This document shows, piece by piece, positions 37,426-50,940 of a stretch of DNA of 64,000 nucleotides. A program made the translations under genes and the position numbers. The notes under the pieces were generated by a model, which was given only the letters and a program-made list of their open reading frames with translations, was not told the origin of the DNA and searched no databases. How positions within the stretch are numbered: the first letter of the stretch is position 1; each line of letters starts with the position of its first letter. Origin of the DNA: Octopus sinensis (Eukaryota); assembly GCF_006345805.1 (NCBI RefSeq), contig NC_042997.1, forward strand, positions 126,976,001 to 127,040,000. The letters run 5' to 3'.

Positions 37426-38293
37426 TATTACTGATATATATATATGTGTGTGTGTGTATGTGTGTGTGTGTGTGTGTATATACACACAAGCACAAATACA
37501 CGCACATATAAGTCAGTAGTATGTGATATATTAAAAAACTGAATTACTACAAGACATCATCTATAAAGAGATATAATAAGTAAATTAGAGAAAACATATT
37601 TAAAGTGAGGAGTATCAAAAAAATAATAACTCGGAAATACTGATTACATGAATAAATATATATATCAATAAAGAACTGTTTGGTTAATATTATTTTGTTT
37701 CTTTTGAGAAGAAAGGGATATAACTTTTGACGTGTTTCGGTATTATTTGTTCTCCCCAGTGAATATATGATAAAGTAGCGGTGAGAGAGCCCCTGAGTAA
37801 ATGTACAGAATTGTACATTTGGAGGTGTAGTAAAATAGATATGTTTTGAGAATGAATTAATCTTAGATGTCTTCTGCATAAAAAAATAATAGTTAAGTTA
37901 ATGTTAGCATACTTAATGTAGTAAGCATAAAAGAAGAAAAAACAACAACAAAAGAACAAAAAACAAAATAAAACAAGAAAAAGCTAAAGTGGTAAAGGAA
38001 AGCGATATGATTCATGGACTAATATAACTGTTTTGAATCTTGCAGCAAATACGTAGAGGTTCTAATGGAAACTGGAAATGCTTTGTATGTGAGTGTGTGT
38101 GTGTGTGTGTATGTGTGTGTGTGTGTGTGTGTATGTGTGTGTGCGTGCGTGTTTGTGTGCGTGATCATGTGTATGTGTGAGGAACGGCGAGGAATTGAGA
38201 GTTGGAAATTACTGGGAATTAAGTAGAATTGGGAGATAGAGGTGTGTATGTATGTAGTATGTATTTGTGTGTGTGTGTGTGTGCGCGCGCGTG

Positions 38294-38352
<59 letters not shown>

Positions 38353-38379
38353 ACGTATGTGGATGTATATGCATACGTA

Positions 38380-38430
<51 letters not shown>

Positions 38431-38499
38431 ACATACATACATACACGCACACACATATATGCAGAGGAAGAGAGAAAGAGAAAGAGGGAGAGAAAGAGG

Positions 38500-38531
<32 letters not shown>

Positions 38532-38645
38532 GACAGAAGAAATATTGCAGTCTATATATATATACATGTATGTTTGTGTATGTTGTGTTTGAAGTGAATG
38601 CAGGAATGTAGTTGAAAGAGAGAGAGAGAGGGGGGGGTGAGGAAG

Positions 38646-38688
<43 letters not shown>

Positions 38689-38825
38689 GAGGGAGAAGGA
38701 GAGATAGATAGATAGAGAGAGAGCTTGTGTATGTCTGTGTGTTTGTGTTTACGTCAAGTTTTATACAGAAACAGTTTGAGGATCACTCAATTATTTTTAG
38801 TTGAGCACACATTAAAAACAAAACC

Positions 38826-38947
38826 TTTTACACAGAAAAGGTTGACAGGGACTTCGAACTTTCAGCTTGCTCACCATTCATCCGACTCTCTGATGAAGGT
38901 GAGAGAACCGAAAATTCGAAGTCACTGTCAACCTATTCCTTGTAAAA
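38826..38947. mobile_element. Penelope-like inverted pair with an intact hammerhead core on the + strand
   Basis: Arms ttttacacagaaaaggttgacagggacttcgaa / ttcgaagtcactgtcaacctattccttgtaaaa; core ctgatga-a-ggt-gagaga-acc-gaaa-attc at 38890-38917. Confidence 0.65.
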
Positions 38948-39067
38948 GTTAGTGTATAAAAGAGACTTTACTCTCTTCTTACCGTTCTCTCTTCTACTTT
39001 TCTCTCTCCCTCTCTTTCTCTCTTCAACCATCCACCCATCCATCAATACATCCAACTATCTATCTAC

Positions 39068-39153
<86 letters not shown>

Positions 39154-39367
39154 CCTGTGCTTATTTGTCTCTTGCTCTCTCTGCTTCTCTCTGAAATGAC
39201 TTGTTTTTCGTTTCATTTCCTGGACTATATTTCTCTCCATCTTTAATACACCCATCTGCCTTTCTGTCTCATGTCTCTCTTTCTCTGTCTCTCTACCCAC
39301 TCTATGTCTAGCTCTTAGCTCTCGCTTTCTCTCTCTCTCTCTTCCCAGCAACTCCCCATTTATTATC

Positions 39368-39405
<38 letters not shown>

Positions 39406-40692
39406 TTCTGTGACTACCATCTCCATTCAGTATCATACTGTGCTATCTCCCACAGTTTCTATCTTCCACACAATCTGTTCACAGAAGAAGCTAAGTACTA
39501 CGATACACACAAGACATGAAGGAAAAATATGCAAAAAGAAAAAAAAGTCAACAAAAACACAACAAAATCCGGAAAAAAAGTGAAGACAAGGAAATAGAAC
39601 CCACTTCAATCTTTTACTCCACCTCCGCAAAAAAAAAAAAAAGAGAAGAAACACAAACACTTCCCAATCTTGGAAGACTTGTGGGTTAAGTAGAGAAGAA
39701 GTTAGGGAGGAGCAGAAAGAAAAAAGAGGATTTTTGAAGCAAGGAATATGACAAATACGGATTCTTCTTAAAAGCCTATTGAGTCTATCAAAAACTTTAC
39801 CATTTTCTCAGCCTTTTTCTCTGCAAGATTCAAGTTTTGTTAGGGACTTATAAATTCCCTAAATCTTAAAATACATTTCGAAGAAACAAAAACTAAAGAA
39901 ACGTTTACAAAAAGTTTTAAAATAATCCCGTACGCACACATACACACACACACAAAAAAAAAAATCACAATTTTTTTCTTGTATTTCCTCGATGTTTATG
40001 TTCTTTTTCGTTTTGTAGTTCTCTCTACTTTCTGTTTTATTTTTACTTATTTATTTATTTATTTTTTAAATATATTAATGCTTTAGTTCTGAAAGATTTG
40101 TTGCCTCAGATGAAATAAATTTGACCTTTACTTATTGGTTAAAATGTCACATTCTCAACCTGTCAAAACTGATTCGACTTCTTCATTAAAAACACTTCCA
40201 CAATCGATTTTCTGATTTCAATATCTCACATGAAAGTAAATACTTAAAAAGTCCATCTTTTTTTTCACTTTTTTTTTAACCTCCAACTCTTATTTCTTCG
40301 TGTGTCTGTTTTGTTACTCTACGTACTGATGTCAAAATATTATGCTGTGACATAAGTGTAAGGCATTGGATTTATAGTAATGTCTTCCCACCGAGGAGGA
40401 AATTGTGGTGGAAATTGCAAGTATCTTCTTCCGTTTAGTTTTTACTGGCTTCAGTCATTGGACTGAGGCCATACTGGGGCTTCGCCTTCAACAAATCTAT
40501 CTCGCAGTACTCATGTTCTCTTTTTTAAAGTCTTGTATTTTATTCTATAGGTCACTTTTGTCGAATCGGTAAGTTAAGGGATGTAAACAAACTAGCTTAT
40601 CAAGCTGTGTATGTTTGTGAAGAGCAAACACAGACTCAAAGACACAAACACATACACACACGTGTACGCGCGCACACCCGTATCTATCAATC

Positions 40693-40923
40693 TTATTTCT
40701 TTACTGCCCACAGGAGCTACGCACAGAGGGGACAAACAAGGATAGACAAACGGATTAAGTCGATTATATCGACCCCAGTGTGTAATTGGTACTTATTTAA
40801 TCGACCCCGAATGGATAAAAGGCAAAGTCGACCTCGGCGGAATTTGAACTTAGAACGTAACGGCAGACGAAATACCGCTAAGCATTTCGTCCGGCGTGCT
40901 AACATTTCTGCCATCTCGCCGCC

Positions 40924-40925
<2 letters not shown>
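40693..40925 (-). mobile_element. SINE-B monomer with Tx1-like tail inserted in a TATC/GATA tract
   Basis: tatctatc on both sides (40681-40688 and from 40925). Confidence 0.88.
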
Positions 40926-40959
<34 letters not shown>

Positions 40960-42009
40960 GAAACACTCCTGTCACAACCTGGGACCTTGAAGACTGCTTT
41001 AATGCAGGAAAGTATACTAGTCATTTAATATTTGATATTCAATATTTCATCTATTCAATAAGACAATCAATACTTCATTTCATTTTACTATATATGTATT
41101 ATTTATACTATATATTCTATATTCTACATTAATATTATAAAGAATATAAATAAAACATAAAAAACAGACAGAGTTGGAATTCCTTTGATTAATATATGTA
41201 TATATATATCTGTCTGTCTACCTATTTACATACACGATTTCCATCAACCAGATTCACTCTTAAGGCATCGGTCGGCCTGAGGTTGTAGTAGTAGATGTTT
41301 GCCGAATTGCTACGCAGTGGGACTGAACTCCAAACTGAGTGGCTGCAAAGCGGGTTTGTTACCTTCACAGTCATGCCTGCACCTAGGATTATATCTTTCA
41401 AATTTTGAGGACATTTTCAAGGGTGTAGTGCCAAACAGTCATCCGATCAAACCAAAGAAGCTATATATTTTTCCATCGCTTTTTTCAAACTACTGATATT
41501 GAATACTGTCTGTCAGTCGTAACTCCCGGCAGAAGTGTCACCGTCTTTCGGTGATAGGGCACGATTTGAACGCAGAATGCACAGGCTTACACATAGCTTC
41601 GTTTTGATCCACAGACCTCATAAGGCTTGAGATCAGTCCGGTTTTCTTAAGGTATATAAGTGACTGAGAATACATTCTGCTCTGAACAAGACACCGGTTC
41701 ACTAGGATGCGCAGAACCAGGACAGATATCATTAGACATATGACAATTCTGCTAATCCACTGTCCTGGTACTTTTGTAATCGACCTAAAGAGGAAGAAAA
41801 GCAAAGTTGACCTCAGCAGAATTTGAACTTATGGTGCAAAGAGTCGGAACAAATGTTACGAAGAATTTTATGTAACGTTCTAAAGACTCAACCAATTCGC
41901 CGCTTCATAATTCATATTAGCGAAATAATTACAGCTGTGAAATGAAATTGAAACCATGTCCCCTGAGTTGGCAACTCACCAAAACTCTATATTATGAAAC
42001 ACCTATTCT

Positions 42010-42400
42010 TTTATCTTTTACTTATTTCAGTCATTAGAATGCGGCCGTTCTGGAGCACCCTCTGAAAGGATTTTGTCGAACAAATTGACTCCTGTAGATA
42101 TATTTTTTAAAGAGTTATACTTATTCTATTGGTGACTTTGGCCGAACTGCAGAGTTACAGGGATGTAAACAGACCAACACTGGTTGTCAAGCGGTGGTGG
42201 TGACAAATACAAACGCAAACACACACGCACATACAATGGGGTTTCAACACAGTTTCCGTCTACTAAATTCATTCACTAGGTATTAGTCGACTCGGTGATA
42301 GAAGACACTTGTCAAAAGTACGTCATAGTGGAACTGAATCCGAAAGCACTTTGATGTAAAGCGAAATTCTCAACCACACAGCTATACCTGTGCCTATTCT
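42010..42400 (-). mobile_element. Diverged SINE-A
   Basis: Tail, core and head recognisable in reverse orientation. Confidence 0.7.
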
Positions 42401-42422
42401 CATGTTAATATTGTGTTCTCAT

Positions 42423-43005
42423 AAAGGCGGCGAGCTGGCAGAATCCTTAGCACGCAGGGTAAAATGCTTAGCGCTATTTCGTCTGCCGCTACGTTCTGAG
42501 TTCAAATTCCGGCGAGGTCGACTTTGCTTTCACCCTTTCGGGGTCGATAAATTAAGTACCAGTTACGCACTGGGGTCGATATAATCGACTTAGTCCGTTG
42601 GTCTGTCCTTGTTTGTCCCCTCTGTGTTTAGCCCCTTGTGGGTAGTAAAGAAATAGGTATTTCGTCTGCCGTTACATTCTGAGTTCAAATTCCGCCAAGG
42701 TCGACTTTGCCTTTCATCCTTTCGGGCTCGATTAAATAAGAACCAGTTACGCACTGGGGTTGATGTAATCGATTTAATCCGTTTGTCTGTCCTTGTTTGT
42801 ACTCTCTGTGTTTAGCCCCTTGTGGGTAGTAAAGAAATAGGTATTTCGTCCGTCTTTATGTTCAAATTTCGCCGAGGGCGACTTTACCTTTCATCTTTTG
42901 GGGATCAATAAAATAAGTGTCAGCTGGGGCACTGAGGTCGATGTAATCAATTTAATCCCCTCTCTGGAATTGCTGGCTTTGTGCCAAAATTTGAAACCAA
43001 TATTG
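42423..43005 (+). mobile_element. SINE-B trimer: two internal Tx1-like tails and terminal tail 3
   Basis: Junction ggtagtaaagaaataggt|atttcgtc repeats with a 184 bp period (42659, 42843). Confidence 0.88.
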
Positions 43006-43099
43006 TATTCTCATTGAGGGGCTATACTGAAAATTTATAACATAGGGAAATGAAGAGTTTGAACTATGTAGCGAATGTATATGATGAACTTGGCTCTGT

Positions 43100-43412
43100 A
43101 TGAAGTTACTTCCTAACCACATGGTTCCAGGTTCAGTCCTCGGAACAGCCAAAGGTTTGGTTCACCCTGTATATATATATATATATATATATATGTATGG
43201 TGTGTGTGTGTGTGTGTGTGTATGTGTGTGTGTATTTATATATATATATATATACGACGGGCTTCTTTTAGTTTCCGTCTACCAAATCTACTCAAAGCTT
43301 TGGTCGTCGTGAAGCTAGAGTAGAGGACACTTGCCCAAGATTCCACGCAGTGGGACTGAACCCGGAAACATGTGGTTCGGAAGCAAACTTCTTGCCACAC
43401 AGCCACGCCTGT
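43100..43412. mobile_element. Two partial SINE-A heads in opposite orientation around a TA/TG tract
   Basis: + head at 43104-43140; - head and core at 43255-43412. Confidence 0.7.
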
Positions 43413-43453
43413 CTCTATGTCTATGTATGTATGTTTATATATATGTATGTGTA

Positions 43454-43486
<33 letters not shown>

Positions 43487-44307
43487 CGTATTTTTGTGTG
43501 TATTTGTGTCCAAGTAATGCACATCATTTCAGGTTGTTCAAGTCTGCTCAGGTAAAGAAGGAATAACAGCCGGCAACTGATGCAGCCCACCCCTCCATCC
43601 AGCTGTCCCAGCCACGATATCCCGTGGGCTAAAAGTGGGGCACGGCCCAAGAGAGTATCTGTGTTTGCTTGCGACAAGATAAGATACATAAAGCAATTAG
43701 CGGTAGCGAATTACAAGCTCACAGGTCATACCCGCTTAAAAGTGACAACTAAGCTTTTTATTGATAGTGAAAAGTAAATTGTTAAATTGAACACTTAGTC
43801 ATCTTATAATTTTTTCTTATTATATTATATTAACTTTTCAAATAATAATATATTGTTACATTAGCACTTGTATAATTAAAATGATTTCTTTTTTGTGAGC
43901 AATCTTTTCAGAAAAGCCAAACAATTGATTAACTTACACGGCTTTGCCAGCCATTTCCTCTACTATCCACCGCTCTCTGTCACTATTTCTTCTTTACAAC
44001 TCTTTACATCTCACACTTTACATATATTGAGAAAGTAAAACAACATATGAGGGAGAGAGGGGAAGAGAGAGAGAGAAAGAGAGAAGAGAAAGAATGGGGA
44101 TGAGACAAAAGAATGGGTGAAAGAATGTGGAAAAGAAGGGAAGAGAAGGAAAAATAAAATGTGAAGGTGGGGGAGGGGTGTTATGAGAGAGAAAAGCGTT
44201 CGCAGAAGAGAAATTGAAATAGGATAAAGTGTGTGGAAAAGAAATTAGAGAGTAACAAGTAAAATAAAAAAAAAACGGATGTATGTGAGAGAGAGATAGA
44301 AAGTCAT

Positions 44308-44693
44308 TTCGACTATAGGCACAAGGCCTGAACTTTGGTGGGAGGGGACGAGTCGATTATATCGACCTCAGTGTTTCACTGGTATTTAATTTATAGACCC
44401 ATGAAAGGATGAAAGGTAAAGTCGACCTCGGCGGAATTTGAACTCAGAACGTAACGGCAGACGAAATACCTATTTCTTTACTACCCACAATGGGCTAAAC
44501 ACAGAGAGGACAAACAAGGACAGACAAACGGATTAAGTTGATTATATCAACTCCAGTGCGTAACTGGTACTTCCCCGAAAGAGTGAAAGGAAAAGTCGAC
44601 CTAGGCGGAATTTGAACTCAGAACGTAGCGACGGGCGAAATACCGCTAAGCATTTCGCCCGGCGGGCTAACGTTTCTGCCAGCTCGCCGCCTT
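44308..44693 (-). mobile_element. SINE-B dimer (internal Tx1-like tail, terminal tail 2)
   Basis: Same architecture as 12108-12500. Confidence 0.87.
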
Positions 44694-45473
44694 AGAGAGA
44701 TAGAATAGTGTGCTGGCAGACGATACTGCCTGTGTCAAATATTCTCAGATCCTTAATAAAAACCGTTATCAACAATTAACAGAGTAGAAACTATGGTCAC
44801 TGTGGTATTTATAATTCCCTTTAATTTTTAATTATTTAAATTTTATCCCTGAGGAAGGAGTTGGTTTCTAACGAAGATACAAAGTTGCAACGTTGGAATG
44901 TAGATAACGTAAACAATGGCCTATTACAAACTTGATAAAAGTCTTGCATATTTATACTCTTCCGTTTACAAGTTGTAGTTGTAATGTGCGAGATGGTGGA
45001 TTTATTTCTTTTTCGGAAAACCTTAGCTTATCCCGACTGTCACTTAAGCATTTATTCATGAAAGGCGGAGAGCTCGCAGAAACGTTAGCGCGCCGGAGGA
45101 AATGCTTAGCAGTATTTCGCCTGCCGTTATATAACCATTTATATATAACCATATATAAGAAATATATAACCATTTATTCACCGAAGTGCACCAATTATTA
45201 TTGGTATAAATGTAAAATTGTTATCTGGATACACAAATTGGAAGTTTCGAAGCAGTTATCCATAGTCATCCGCTTTCCCTTTGATTTCAAAGAGATATTC
45301 CCATCAACAGTTCAGTTGACCTCTATGACGGTACATACAATATCTGGACTGTTATCCCAGATATGCCAGATGTTTTCGTGGCAATGTTCCACCAGTATTT
45401 CTTATGTTAATATTCGTGTATGTATTCTCTATACCTATTCCAGGACAGGGTTTTTATTCTGAATGGTATTGTA

Positions 45474-46036
45474 TTGGGTTGTCCGGAAAGTTCGTGCCGA
45501 TTTATAGTAGCTTACATTTCGACTTATTTTAGAACATGGTTGAGTCCATAAATTAGGATATGACTACACCTCCATATAGGGCACAGTTTAAGCTATCTTT
45601 TCGTGGAAGAAGGTTTCTGTTCCTATAACCTTTCTTAATTCTGTAACCCTTTAGCATGGAAGATAAGAAAGTTCATTTTCGGTACTTGATGCTTTGGGAA
45701 CCAGACAAAAATTGCGGCAGCTCGGCTGGGATGTGTTACGCCATCCTCCATGTTCACCAGATATTGCTCCTTCAGATTTCCACTTATTATGGTCTCTGCA
45801 GAATAGTCTTAATGGTAAAAATTTCAATTCCTTGGATGACGTAAAAAGATACCTTGAATTCTTTGGCATGAAATCACTTCAATTCTGGGAAGAGGGTATT
45901 TACAAGCTAAAGGAAAGATGGAGACGCATTGTGCAACAAAATGGTTCATATTTGGCAAGTATTAGCAAGTAATGGCAAGTATTTTTTACCTTTTTCCTTC
46001 CTTTAAAAACCGGTACGAACTTTCCGTACAACCCAA
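45474..46036 (+). mobile_element. Non-autonomous mariner (internal deletion) with both TIRs and TA TSD
   Basis: ta-ttgggttgtccggaaagttcgtgccg ... cggtacgaactttccgtacaacccaa-ta; MEDKKVHFRYLMLWE joined out of frame to TRQKLRQLGWDVLRHPPCSPDIAPSDFHL..ERWRRIVQQNGSY. Confidence 0.92.
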
Positions 46037-46239
46037 TATATTGTTTAGCGACAGCGTTGTATCACATTGAGATTATATTGATGACATTATGGATAGCTGC
46101 CAATCATATGTGTGCTGTATTCTACAGAAATATGACACTATCTACCTTTTCAGTTGCATCTTGGAGATCCAAGGATTTCACTGTCTCTTTTACTTATTAG
46201 GCATTTAGTAGGGTTATTTAGGTATTAAGTAGCAAATGT

Positions 46240-46662
46240 ATGTATGTATACTCTTTGCTCTTTTGATCTTTTACTAGTTTCAGTCATTTGAACTGTGGCC
46301 ATGCTGGAGCACCGCCTTTTAGTCGGAGAAATCGACCCCTGGAATTATTCGTTGTAAGTTTAGTACTTTTTGTCGAACTGCTAGGTTACGGGGGCGTAAA
46401 CACACCAAGATCGGTAGTCAAGCGATGGTGAAGGGACAAGCACAGACACAAACACACACGCGTGCTCACACACACACACACACACACACACATGTATATA
46501 TACACACGACAGGCTTCTTTCAGTTTCTGTCTACCAAATCCACTCACAATGTTGTGGTCGGCCCGAGGCTATAGTAAAAGACACTTGTACAAGGTGCCAC
46601 GCAGTGGGACATGACCCGAAGCCTTGTGCTTGGGTAGCAAGCTTCTTTCACACAGCCACGCC
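46240..46662 (-). mobile_element. SINE-A, near full length
   Basis: Reverse complement of the family consensus seen in this window. Confidence 0.82.
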
Positions 46663-46670
46663 TGCACCTA

Positions 46671-46714
<44 letters not shown>

Positions 46715-46721
46715 ATATACA

Positions 46722-46758
<37 letters not shown>

Positions 46759-46760
46759 GC

Positions 46761-46797
<37 letters not shown>

Positions 46798-46799
46798 TA

Positions 46800-47010
46800 A
46801 AGTTAATCCAAACATGAAAACACAGAGAAAACACAACAACGTGAGGACGTGGAACAAGTATAATGTTATTGGACGCTCAGGAAAGGAGAGAAAGAAGGAG
46901 TATTTAACGTTTCGAGCGGAGCTCTTCGTCAGAAACATAGGAAAAGCAAATATCCAAGGAAGGGAAGACGGAGGAAAAAAATCGCCAACGATACACACGC
47001 GGTCACATAT
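46800..47010 (-). mobile_element. Penelope-like non-coding remnant with canonical hammerhead core
   Basis: Minus strand tgttt-ctgacga-a-gagc-tcc-gctc-gaaac-gtt-aaata at 46901-46937. Confidence 0.6.
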
Positions 47011-47479
47011 TGAATATATACATATACTTATATACGTACATACACACACATATATGCGTGTATGTATGTGAGCGTTTGAATATAGATAAGTATATATGTA
47101 TTATAGATATATATAGATATATGATAATATCTTTAAGATAGCGTCTTAGCGCTAGTATTGTATTGTATTAGGTTATTACATTAATATTATAAGAAAGAAA
47201 AATAAATATGCTCCATACATATACTCTTAAGAAATGGAGATAATTCTTTGTTCTCCATCTCTTTCCATTCTATTCCTCTCTCATATGGAAAGAGTTAAAT
47301 GTACTCTATTCGATATTAAACCGTCGCGTTTTAAACTAGATTTCCACGTGATTAAATTATGCCGGCAGTTCTATTAGCGGAGTCTAATAGAACGCTGCAA
47401 TCATCACTTGCTAAAGATTTCAACCGGCAACTGTCAGAAGATGAATTCAATCCCCAAACAACACCAAATTGCGAAGAAC

Positions 47480-48110
47480 ATACATACATACATACATACA
47501 TACATACATACATACATACATACATTCATACATACATACATACATACAGATATACATACATACATACAGACATACATACATACATGCATGCATACATACA
47601 TACATACATACATACATACATGCATGCATACATACATGCATGCATACATACATGCACATACACACATACATACATACGCATACATGCATACATACATACA
47701 TACATACATATATACATACATACATACATACGTACATACATGCATGCATACATACATGCATGCATACATACATACACATACACACATACATACATACACA
47801 TACATACACATACATGCATACATACATACATAGTTATATAGATACATGCATAAACATATGCATGCATACGTACATACATCTGTGAGCGTGCTTGTTTATG
47901 TGCGCATGCACACATACGCACGCGCACACACATACACATGCATACACATATACATACACACATGCATATGTGTATGTGTGCAAAAACCTTCATGTACCTA
48001 TATATCTACACCATTCCTCTAAATATGGGTGTATATGTACGTGTGCATGAACCATATATGTATGTATGTATATATGTATGTATGTATGTATGTGTTTGTG
48101 TGTGTGTATA
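47480..48110. repeat. (CATA)n/(TG)n microsatellite field
   Basis: Direct. Confidence 0.93.
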
Positions 48111-48124
48111 TATATTATTATGTA

Positions 48125-50095
48125 TATATATATATGTGTGTGTGTTTGTATATGTATGTATATGTGTGCGCGCACGTTAGTGTACATACGTACACATACA
48201 TACATACTTTCATATATACATACATACATAAAAACGTACATACTAACATGCACACACACACGTATGTACTTACACATGCACATGCTACAAAAGCTGCCAT
48301 ACGCTCATGTATGTATATGGGTGTATGTATACGTATGCGTACGAGTTTGTGTGTGATTGTTTGACAATTACAGTTTTTTTTTTTCTTTTTTTCCAATCCA
48401 CATAAATTAGGGATTCAGAAAAGAAAACAGAAAAGAAGAAAGGAACCGATAGGATAAGTACTACTACTTTAACAAAAGTACTGGTGTCGAATCGTGCGTC
48501 TAAAACCCTTGAAGATAGTGCCCCAGTATGGGCGCACCTTAATCATTAAAAAATTTTAAAAATGAAATACTAAAATAATGTATATTTGTATGAGTTCATA
48601 TCTATTTATCTGTATGTATGTATGTATGTATGTATGTATGTATGTATGTATGTATGTAGGTTGTATATATATATATGTATATACATACACACATACACGC
48701 ACGCGTGCAGAAATACACGACACGGACACACACACATACACACATACCATACGCATACACAAATATATATAAGTATATATATATATGTGTGTGTGTTTGT
48801 ATATGTATGTATATGTGTGCGCGCACGTTAGTGTACATACGTACACATACATACATACTTTCATATATACATACATACATAAAAACGTACATACTAACAT
48901 GCACACATACATACATACTTACACACACACACACACGTATGTACTTACACATGCACATGCTACAAAAGCTGCCATACGCTCATGTATGTATATGGGTGTA
49001 TGTATACGTATGCGTACGAGTTTGTGTGTGATTGTTTGACAATTACAGTTTTTTTTTTTTCTTTTTTTCCAATCCACATAAATTAGGGATTCAGAAAAGA
49101 AAACAGAAAAGAAGAAAGGAACCGATAGGATAAGTACTACTACTTTAACAAAAGTACTGGTGTCGAATCGTGCGTCTAAAACCCTTGAAGATAGTGCCCC
49201 AGTATGGGCGCACCTTAATCATTAAAAAATTTTAAAAATGAAATACTAAAATAATGTATATTTGTATGAGTTCATATCTATTTATCTGTATGTATGTATG
49301 TATGTATGTATGTATGTATGTATGTATGTATGTAGGTTGTATATATATATATGTATATACATACACACATACACGCACGCGTGCAGAAATACACGACACG
49401 GACACACACACATACACACATACCATACGCATACACAAATATATATAAGTATATATATATATGTGTGTGTGTTTGTATATGTATGTATATGTGTGCGCGC
49501 ACGTTAGTGTACATACGTACACATACATACATACTTTCATATATACATACATACATAAAAACGTACATACTAACATGCACACACACACGTATGTACTTAC
49601 ACATGCACATGCTACAAAAGCTGCCATACGCTCATGTATGTATATGGGTGTATGTATACGTATGCGTACGAGTTTGTGTGTGATTGTTTGACAATTACAG
49701 TTTTTTTTTTTCTTTTTTTCCAATCCACATAAATTAGGGATTCAGAAAAGAAAACAGAAAAGAAGAAAGGAACCGATAGGATAAGTACTACTACTTTAAC
49801 AAAAGTACTGGTGTCGAATCGTGCGTCTAAAACCCTTGAAGATAGTGCCCCAGTATGGGCGCACCTTAATCATTAAAAAATTTTAAAAATGAAATACTAA
49901 AATAATGTATATTTGTATGAGTTCATATCTATTTATCTGTATGTATGTATGTATGTATGTATGTATGTATGTATGTATGTAGGTGTATATATATATATGT
50001 ATATACATACACACATACACGCACGCGTGCAGAAATACACGACACGGACACACACACATACACACATACCATACGCATACACAAATATATATAAG

Positions 50096-50105
<10 letters not shown>
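48125..50105. repeat. Tandem triplication of a 651-676 bp unit
   Basis: Anchor cgcacgttag at 48171, 48822 and 49498; unique parts look identical; unit 2 has a 25 bp insertion. Confidence 0.92.
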
Positions 50106-50143
<38 letters not shown>

Positions 50144-50185
50144 ATAATATATATATGATATATATGTATATATATTATATATATG

Positions 50186-50280
<95 letters not shown>

Positions 50281-50730
50281 GTATATAGTGACAGTGAAAC
50301 CAGAGTTGCACCAGAGATGGCGAAACTATTGAAATGCAGAAGATAAGTCATTTCTAAAGGTGAAGTGAGTGTAAGTGTGGCGTATTAAGCAAAAAGAATG
50401 GAACGGAGTAAATGTTGGAGATAAAAACGTATTGAATAGTAAAGAATAGAAGAATAGACTAAGGTTATTATAGATAAATAATGGAAGGGGATGAAATATA
50501 ATGAGATGGAGACGAATGTAGGAAATAGGTTGGATTAGAAAGTGTATGAGAGAGTGTGTTGTTTTTATGTTTGTTTGTGTGAATGAGAGTGAATAGGATA
50601 TTTGAAAGGCCTGTGATATCAAGATATTTTGACGGTTGGAAGAATAAATAAACTAAAATATGATATTATAGAGTTAAGTTCTTGAATATTTATTCTTTCA
50701 GAAAATTTCTTTGGTAATGGATATTGTTTT

Positions 50731-50940
50731 GAGGCGGCGAGCTGGCGGAATGGATAAGCACGTCAAACAAAATGTATAGCGATATTTCTTCCGGGTTTTT
50801 ATATTCTACGTTCAAATCCTGCTGTGGCCAATTTTGCCTTTCCTTCTTTCGGTGTCAATAAAATAAAATATCAATCAAGTAAACTGAGGTCGATGTTAGC
50901 GACTTACTCTCATTCGCCCCTCAAAATTGCTGGACTTGAA
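50731..50940 (+). mobile_element. Diverged SINE-B monomer with tail 3
   Basis: gaggcggcgagctggcggaa..ctcaaaattgctgg. Confidence 0.7.

Noticed and set aside
39420-39800. Lys-rich segment resembling a LINE ORF1 tail
   Set aside because: No diagnostic motif; A-rich low complexity.
43540-43650. GC-rich structured segment resembling an HDV-like ribozyme (P4 ccacg/cgtgg, GCUAA)
   Set aside because: P3/L3 and P1.1 cannot be built from the sequence.
48125-50105. Triplication as a retrozyme-like tandem array
   Set aside because: No hammerhead core found in the unit.
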